From: Eledone cirrhosa
Taxonomy: Eukaryota
Direction of reading: 5' to 3'
DNA: 64,000 nt
NCBI GenBank assembly: GCA_964016885.1
Contig: OZ024755.1
Coordinates: 19,654,001-19,718,000, forward strand
Part shown: in pieces, positions 57,023 through 64,000 of the stretch
Layout of the letters: every line of letters begins with the position of its first letter
Numbering within the stretch: position 1 is the first letter of the stretch
Notes under the pieces: model-generated
What the model was told of the DNA's origin: nothing
Database searches by the model: none
Seen by the model: the letters and a program-made list of their open reading frames with translations, nothing else
Made by a program: the position numbers and the translations under genes

Positions 57023-58435
57023 GTAAAATCTCGACCGCGACGCCAAACGGCTTCCACTTGTATTCGGTAAACGTTTCCAAGGGTCTTTGTAGTTTTATAA
57101 AGAGACTGAATTGTAATAGTTTCTTAGATCCACGGACCATCTATGTCTTTGTTCTCTTCCATACTCTTCTCATTCTCTCTCCACGTATATAACTATATAT
57201 GTATGTGTCACTGTGCGTATGTGGTTGATGCATATATATACACAAACTGAGTACATTATGGAAAGGACATGAGAAATTGATTTTTACTCTTCATCAGCAA
57301 CAGAGATATGTATTTATACCATAGGAACTATTTATTAAATGAAGTTTCCGGAACGAATGCCAATCCCGTTGTAAATAAGGAGGAAATAAAGAAATATGTA
57401 GATAAAATTATCTGCAGTAAGGGTAATTCTAGATTCCTCAAGTTGTGAAGGTGAGTAACCTGACACAACACTAAGTGAATCCTTACGAAATATTGCCATT
57501 CCATTAGCTGTTCGGATTTCATAAGTAGAATAGAAATAGATTTATGTAAGCTGAGTGGACATCTAGGAATGAAGTGTCTACGAAAACTTAGTTGGCTTCA
57601 TTTCTGTCCACAGAAATTCATAAAAGATATGAAACAAATAGTTATATTCTTACTGTTAAGTAAAACTATTTCTATCATCAAATAATTGTAGATTCCTTTT
57701 TTTTAACCTTCAAATATTTTATAAACTAGGGTTATTCTGCATTACGTAAATGTTTTACCATTTTTTCTTCCATGGTCATAATTTTGAAGTCGAAAATAGA
57801 TATATCATCACAATGCTTTCAATTTATTTTAACCGCATAAATCAAATTCAGTTTTAACTCATAAACTGTTCACAAGCAGAATTAAAATTAACAGACAACA
57901 AATATAATTTATGTGAACAAACAATGATTACGAAAGAAAACAGGTGTTTTTAGTAATTTTTTCTTATAAAATAAGAGTAATTAAAAATACATTTTTAAAA
58001 TAACAAAATGTCGGCCTAAACTTTATAGAATGTCACGCTGAAAGGTAAAATATATTTATTCATTGTATCTGAAAGTTTATTTTAATTCGATATAATGTTG
58101 TTTTTGACGTAAAGAATATTAATTCGGTCTGTATAATTGATGATATCTCTAATAACCAATACAGGAGGTTAGAATAAATATCATTAAACTATGGAAATGA
58201 AAATGTAAACTATAATTGAGTTTAAAATAGACATTTCGGGAATAAAGCTTCAAACCTTGAATATTAATATAGTAACTGATTCCAACATTCCAACAGTAGA
58301 GATATGGAATTTCAGAATTAATTTTATTGAAGATCTGTTTGTTAATGCAATAGGTTTATGGATAAAAATTAAGTTTGATATGCAAATTTCTGTTTAGCTG
58401 CTGTAGTAAATAGAAAATATAAGTTGCTATAACTA

Positions 58436-58892
58436 TCTATATATATATATATAACTGAGAGAGAGGGTGAGAGTGAGTGTGTGTGTGTGAGTTTGAATCC
58501 CTAAAACTCGAGAAGTACCCAAACGATATTTTTCAAACGTTATATGTGTATTACTTATGTTTCAGGGGGTGTTATGCACATAAAACAATTCAACCTTTTG
58601 ATCCCCTAGGATTAGGGGTTTTTTGAGGCGTTACGTCTAGCCGATTTTCCCGAAATTTCAAGGCATTTTATGCACATAAAAAAAATTCTTGAGCCCCTAG
58701 GGCCCGCATTAGGAGAAAACCTGCATTTTTCATGCTTCATCGAGGAAAATCTTAAAGATTATTCAGCCATTATAGTATTCGGTTTATTTTCTTTACATAT
58801 TGTCCAAGCATGCAGTTTTTCCACGATTAGGTCTGTTGGCGGCCCGCGTTCCAAAATACCTTATCCCGTGCAACGCCGGGTACCACTGCTAG
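58436..58892 (+). mobile_element. Non-autonomous Helitron
   Basis: A|TCTATATATA... 5' end; subterminal GC hairpin cccgtgcaacgccggg; ...CTAG|T 3' end; no TSD. Confidence 0.85.
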
Positions 58893-60865
58893 TATAATAT
58901 AAATGCAAGCAAATCTGCGTGTGGGTGATACTGCTGTAAAGTTTGCCATATTGGTTTATGTTAATTTGCTGTAGTATCACGTTCATATTGAAATCACTTT
59001 GTCTACCATGCACCAGCCTCGAAATTTTCTGAGATCACTATCCCAGATGTTGATGGCAGTTACACAAACGAAAACTTGCACATAAAGATTACTTGTAAAG
59101 TTCTTATTCTTATTATATTTTATATTCCCATATTTATATCTGCTGCAGTGAAATATCTAGCTGAGTGGATAGATACAATGATGTTCTCATATCCTTCAAG
59201 AAACCTGGAGACGGCAAAAAGAAACACGTTTGAGCAACCAAAAGATCCTTTTCTACATGATCACTCTAACTATTACAAATAACAGCCAAATCCCATTCTG
59301 CCATTTGAATAAAGGAGGGACACATCCGTTACTGTATTCCTAAATAGCTCCCCCCACCCCTAAGATGGAATGGTCACTATGGAACGACTGAGCAACAGTC
59401 TTATTTATCATGGTTCATCTAGTGTTAAGCAACATCACTTTAATATTCTCTCGCTTGAAGACAAATCTCAACTATCCAATATAAAATGGCGTCTTACTTT
59501 TTATAAATGGTTAACAATTATTTTCTATTGAAAGGGAATGAATTAAGATTTAAAGAATATAACTTTGAAGAGATTAAATAGGAATCAAAATACATTATTT
59601 GAATATATGTATTATTCAGTTTAGCTGCAAAAAATTCTTCAATGGAATCTTCTGTAACAAGGGGAAGCGAAGCGTTAACATGTATGTATCGAAGCAGATA
59701 TGCCTTCCAGAATAATTATGTGATCAAATGACAAAATATTAGCTAAATCTAGTCTCCAATTCCTCTAGAATGTATGGTCGATTGCTGCTAAAAGCATCTG
59801 TATAATGAGGATCTTTGTATTCTAAGCATAAAAATATGAAAGAGATTGCCCCCAACACAATTGTACAATTTGCGAGTGAAACTTAGACGTTTTTTCTTTT
59901 CTTGACAATATTACAGATATAGTATACATGATTAAATATTTGAAATACCTCCAATTTCTTTTACTCAGAAACGCAATGAAGTATTGCTGTTCGATTTAAT
60001 CATAAGGTATCTTGTGAAAATCTTTTCAAGGTTACTTCAAAATTAGCTTTCACGGAAGAGTAAAAGAGTGCATTACAGTGTATATAAACAGAATTTTAAA
60101 TGAGCATAATATATCTTCGATCGATCGAACGAAGTAAGAGAAAATAAGCACCACTTTGTAATTTCCATCTATATCTCTACGAAAGGAGACAAGCTTAGTT
60201 ACTGATATATTTTAACGTACTGGTGAATTTCTGACCATAAAACCAAGGAATATTAGAATTAGGTCGATGATTCATAACAAGGAATAAAAATGAGCTACGC
60301 TTTAAAGATAGACTTTATATAAATAGAGGTAACACATTAGGTATTGTAATGAATACAGAAAAATACATGAAACGATTAATGTCATTAAGTGGTTTAGACA
60401 ATGTAGTGGGATAATATCTTTTGAAGAGTGCAAATTCACAAATATTTAATAGAGAGAAAAGAAATTTCTCATCGTTTCATTTGATTCTTTAGTTTATCAA
60501 GGAGTGTTGATACGCTTAGAATGAAACATGTCTTACTAAAGTCTGTGAATATCTATGTTAGGTTTATTTGTTGTTAATTCATATTCCCCCTACTCCTATA
60601 AGGCAGGAACTCATTTCTAACAGAGAAACAAAGCTCAATCAATGTAATGTAAATAACAATGGTGGAGAAATACATTTTGAAATTTACTGCTCCACTTACA
60701 GATTGTACATTCCTTTTGACACAAATATTCACGTTTGTACGGCAGACTATGTATGAATATATATGTATGTGCATGTGTATGTATTCCATCTTTAGATCGT
60801 CGGAGAAAATATATAAATAAAACTGGGAAGAGTGTTTCAGGACTCTGCCCCCTCGACCCTCGCAT

Positions 60866-61100
60866 TAAGAAGAAGAAAAAAGAGAAAAGAAAAAAAAGAA
60901 AAAAGACAAAAAAAAGAAAGAAAAAAAGAAAAAAGAAAAAAAAGAAAAAGAAAAAAAAGAAAGAAAAAGAAAAAGAAAAATAAGAAAAAAAAGAAAAAAG
61001 GAAAAAAGAAAAAGAAAAAAAAAGAAAAAGAAAAAGAAAAAGAAAAAGAAAAAGAAAAAGAAAAAGAAAAAGAAAAAGAAGAATAAAAGAAAAAGAAGAA
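60866..61100. repeat. (GAAAAA)n low-complexity tract
   Basis: Direct inspection. Confidence 0.9.
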
Positions 61101-61497
61101 GTACAAAGGAAACCAAAGAAAAGGTAGAGTAATGAAGGTTATAGTAGTGTCTGTTTTATTGAAAATATTTGCTGAAGTAGATTCATCACTTAAAATACGT
61201 CCATGACATTTCATGAAATGCCTCAAATATCTAACATGGTTGAAATATGTTTAGGATTCAGGTTATAACTTCAATTTCCTGTAAGTTATATTTGAAAAGC
61301 TTTATATGACAATGTCGTTGATACAAGTGATACAAAGCACAGAATTAAATATAAGGTTTTGTGAATGGGAGGAAGTTTTAAACTGTATGAATATATCATG
61401 ATTGTACATACACTGAGAAGGACACAATTATATAGGGAGAATGAGAGACAGAGAGATAGAGAGAGATAGATAGATAGAGAGAGATAGAGATAGATAG

Positions 61498-61530
<33 letters not shown>

Positions 61531-62434
61531 TAGAGAGATAGATAGATAGATAGAGATATAGATAGAGAGAGAGAGAGAGAGAGAGCGAGGAGAATTGTAT
61601 AATACGTTGCAATTGTGAGATCAAAAGATGCTACAACAGGCTGTGAATCGATAAATGATTTCGAATCTTCTACTGCGACAAGGATTAGTGAAGTGGCCAA
61701 TTAGCTGAGATGTAAGTGGTCAGTATGCAAGACACGAAAAGGGGAGATTATCCAGGGATTTACATATGGCTGCTGTATCGTACTTAACATTATTACTTTA
61801 CTACAATTTGAGGAAAAAGCGAAATAGAAAGTTTACCTTAAATGTTTCTAATCAAATAATGTTGTAGGGGTGTATATATTGATAAGCAGAAGAACAATGG
61901 CAAGTTGATAGTGTAATTTTAATGTGGAAAGAGATAGAAGGCTAAACAATACAAAATGGACTGTAAGATGAGGTAACGAAAAAGTAAGTTACCTGATAAT
62001 CTTTGTTTTGTTTTTTGTTGTTGCTGTTCTTTCTTTTGCCCTAGTATTTCGGACCTAAAATTCACTTCTTTAGAGTTTAAGGAACTATCAGAGAATAATG
62101 TTCCGGTTTTTTCTCTTTTAATTTTAATATTTTAATCATTGCTTCCAACAATGGCAAGTGGATAGTGTAATTTTAATATTTTAATCATGACTTTAAACTT
62201 ACTAAAGGTGTGTCATTACCTTTTCTACATATATTATTACCTGAAGCATAATAAAGTGCCATTAATAGGTAAATTATCATCTGAGAATGTTGTCTTAATT
62301 GTGATAGATTGGCATCCTGGCCAAACAATGGATTATCCTTTTGACTGCTTTCCTGCTATAGAGTGAAACATTTATTCCCAAAGTGACCAATAAGAGCTTA
62401 AAATATATTTACAAAACAGAGCTGTTTTGTATTC

Positions 62435-62735
62435 AGAGAGAGATAGAGTGGTAGAGCGATAAAGAGAGAGCGTGTGTGAGATAGATAGATAGAGAGAGAG
62501 AAAGAGTGAGAGAGAGAAAGAGTAAGAGAGAGTGAGAGAGAGAAAGAGTGAGAGAGAGAAAGAGAGTGAGAGAGAAAGAGTGAGAGAGAGAAAGAGTGAG
62601 AGAGAGAAAGAGTGAGAGAGAGAAAGAGTGAGAGAGAGAAAGAGTGAGAGAGAGGAAGAGGAAGAGGAAGAGGAAGAGGAAAAGGAAGAGGAAAAGGAAG
62701 AGGAAGAGGAAAAGGAAGAGGAAGAGGGAGAGAGA
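62435..62735. repeat. GA-rich minisatellite and (GAAGAG)n
   Basis: gagtgagagagagaaa units, then gaagag. Confidence 0.9.
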
Positions 62736-62964
62736 AAAATAAGTGTATCTTCGATATAAAATCCCCAGAAAACTATCAAATGTTTACAGATCTTTCTTTG
62801 TTTTTCTGCCACCAACAAAAATATTCATTTTTGTTGACCCGACCAAGTCTGGTATGGAAATTATAAAACAATGTTTATTCATAACACCGATTTAATAATC
62901 AATGTTAGATTGTGATTGTTTAGTAGTTTTATTAATGCAAGAAGTATTATTATTATATTTTAAA

Positions 62965-63155
62965 GGGCGGTGGATTGGCAGTATCGGTAGAGGGTCGACG
63001 CTATGCTTTCCAGCATAGTTACGTCCCTTTACGATCTGAGTTCAAATCCCGCCGAGGTTGACTTTGCCTTTCATCCTTACGGGGTCGATAAAATAAAGTA
63101 CCAGTAATACACTGTGATAATTGCTGGCCTTGTGCCAAAAGTAGAAACAATTATT
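62965..63155 (+). mobile_element. Full-length Nin-domain SINE
   Basis: Complete copy with ttattatatttta TSD. Confidence 0.92.
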
Positions 63156-63905
63156 ATATTTTATATTATAGATTTTAAATCATCAGATGATTAATCCTTT
63201 TTAATAATGCAGGTTCTGATTTGTATAATTCTTCTTGAAAATGCAAATATCAACAACAAAAACATAATTCCACAATATCTTTAATGATTTAATGATATGT
63301 TCTATATTTCCAATAGCATCGAGGCTTCGGTTATAAAAGTCTAAACGTTATGATTTTAGAAAATAAATAACGTTTTTACTGATTTGGCAGATATAGATAG
63401 TATATTATCAGTTTGGCTATACTATCAAAGAAAGCATGCTTTTTTGTCAAACAGTGGATTGCCAACAAACACAAGATGGACCAGCACATTGACCAGTAAA
63501 GCACTTCATAAGTTAACCTCACCCTCAACTTTTCGGTTTAATTTTATTTCTCATATTTTCATTAGGCAATGAAATACAGGAAACAACTTGATTCATATTT
63601 GCTTCATCAAAGAAGTAAAAGTTAATGTTTATAGTGAAAGAAATAACACGGTTCAAGAATAACTGGAAATGTTTATTAACTCCAGGCTAAGATGATATTC
63701 AGAATCTGTTGAGCTACTGTTTTTTCTAGATACCGTATATAGATGTTTCATTGAATTTTAACGTTCCATATATATTGATATTTTAATGTTCCATATACAT
63801 TGATATTTTTCTAATATCTTATCAGTATCATTTGATCTAAAGCAAGTGTTTCTGGACAATATAATATGACTTTATATTAATCTGCAGTACCGAGACCGGG
63901 GAGGA

Positions 63906-63957
<52 letters not shown>

Positions 63958-64000
63958 GTATGTATATATATATATATAAAACTTAAGAAAATTAACAAAG

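Overview
AT-rich, repeat-saturated eukaryotic non-coding DNA with no recognisable host gene. The repeat mix resembles a cephalopod (Octopus-like) genome; this is an inference. It includes many copies of a tRNA-headed Nin/Deu-domain SINE, RTE and R4/Dong LINE 3' fragments, hAT, Tc1/mariner and Helitron non-autonomous elements, and very long (TA)n tracts. Nearly all long ORFs in the track are microsatellite artefacts. The main signal is about 10 complete or near-complete type I hammerhead ribozyme (HHR) motifs plus several half-motifs, from at least six sequence families. Most sit in short non-coding units embedded in (TA)n microsatellites. Many share one architecture: (TA)n - inverted copy of the unit's 5' part - sense unit with HHR - unique tail (often containing a TATTGAGTAC-like motif) - (TA)n. 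This looks like recently active, (TA)n-targeted, fold-back Penelope-like pseudo-LTR / retrozyme-like elements. One example is a perfect 215-bp-arm palindrome carrying a ribozyme with a ~115-nt stem II on each strand.
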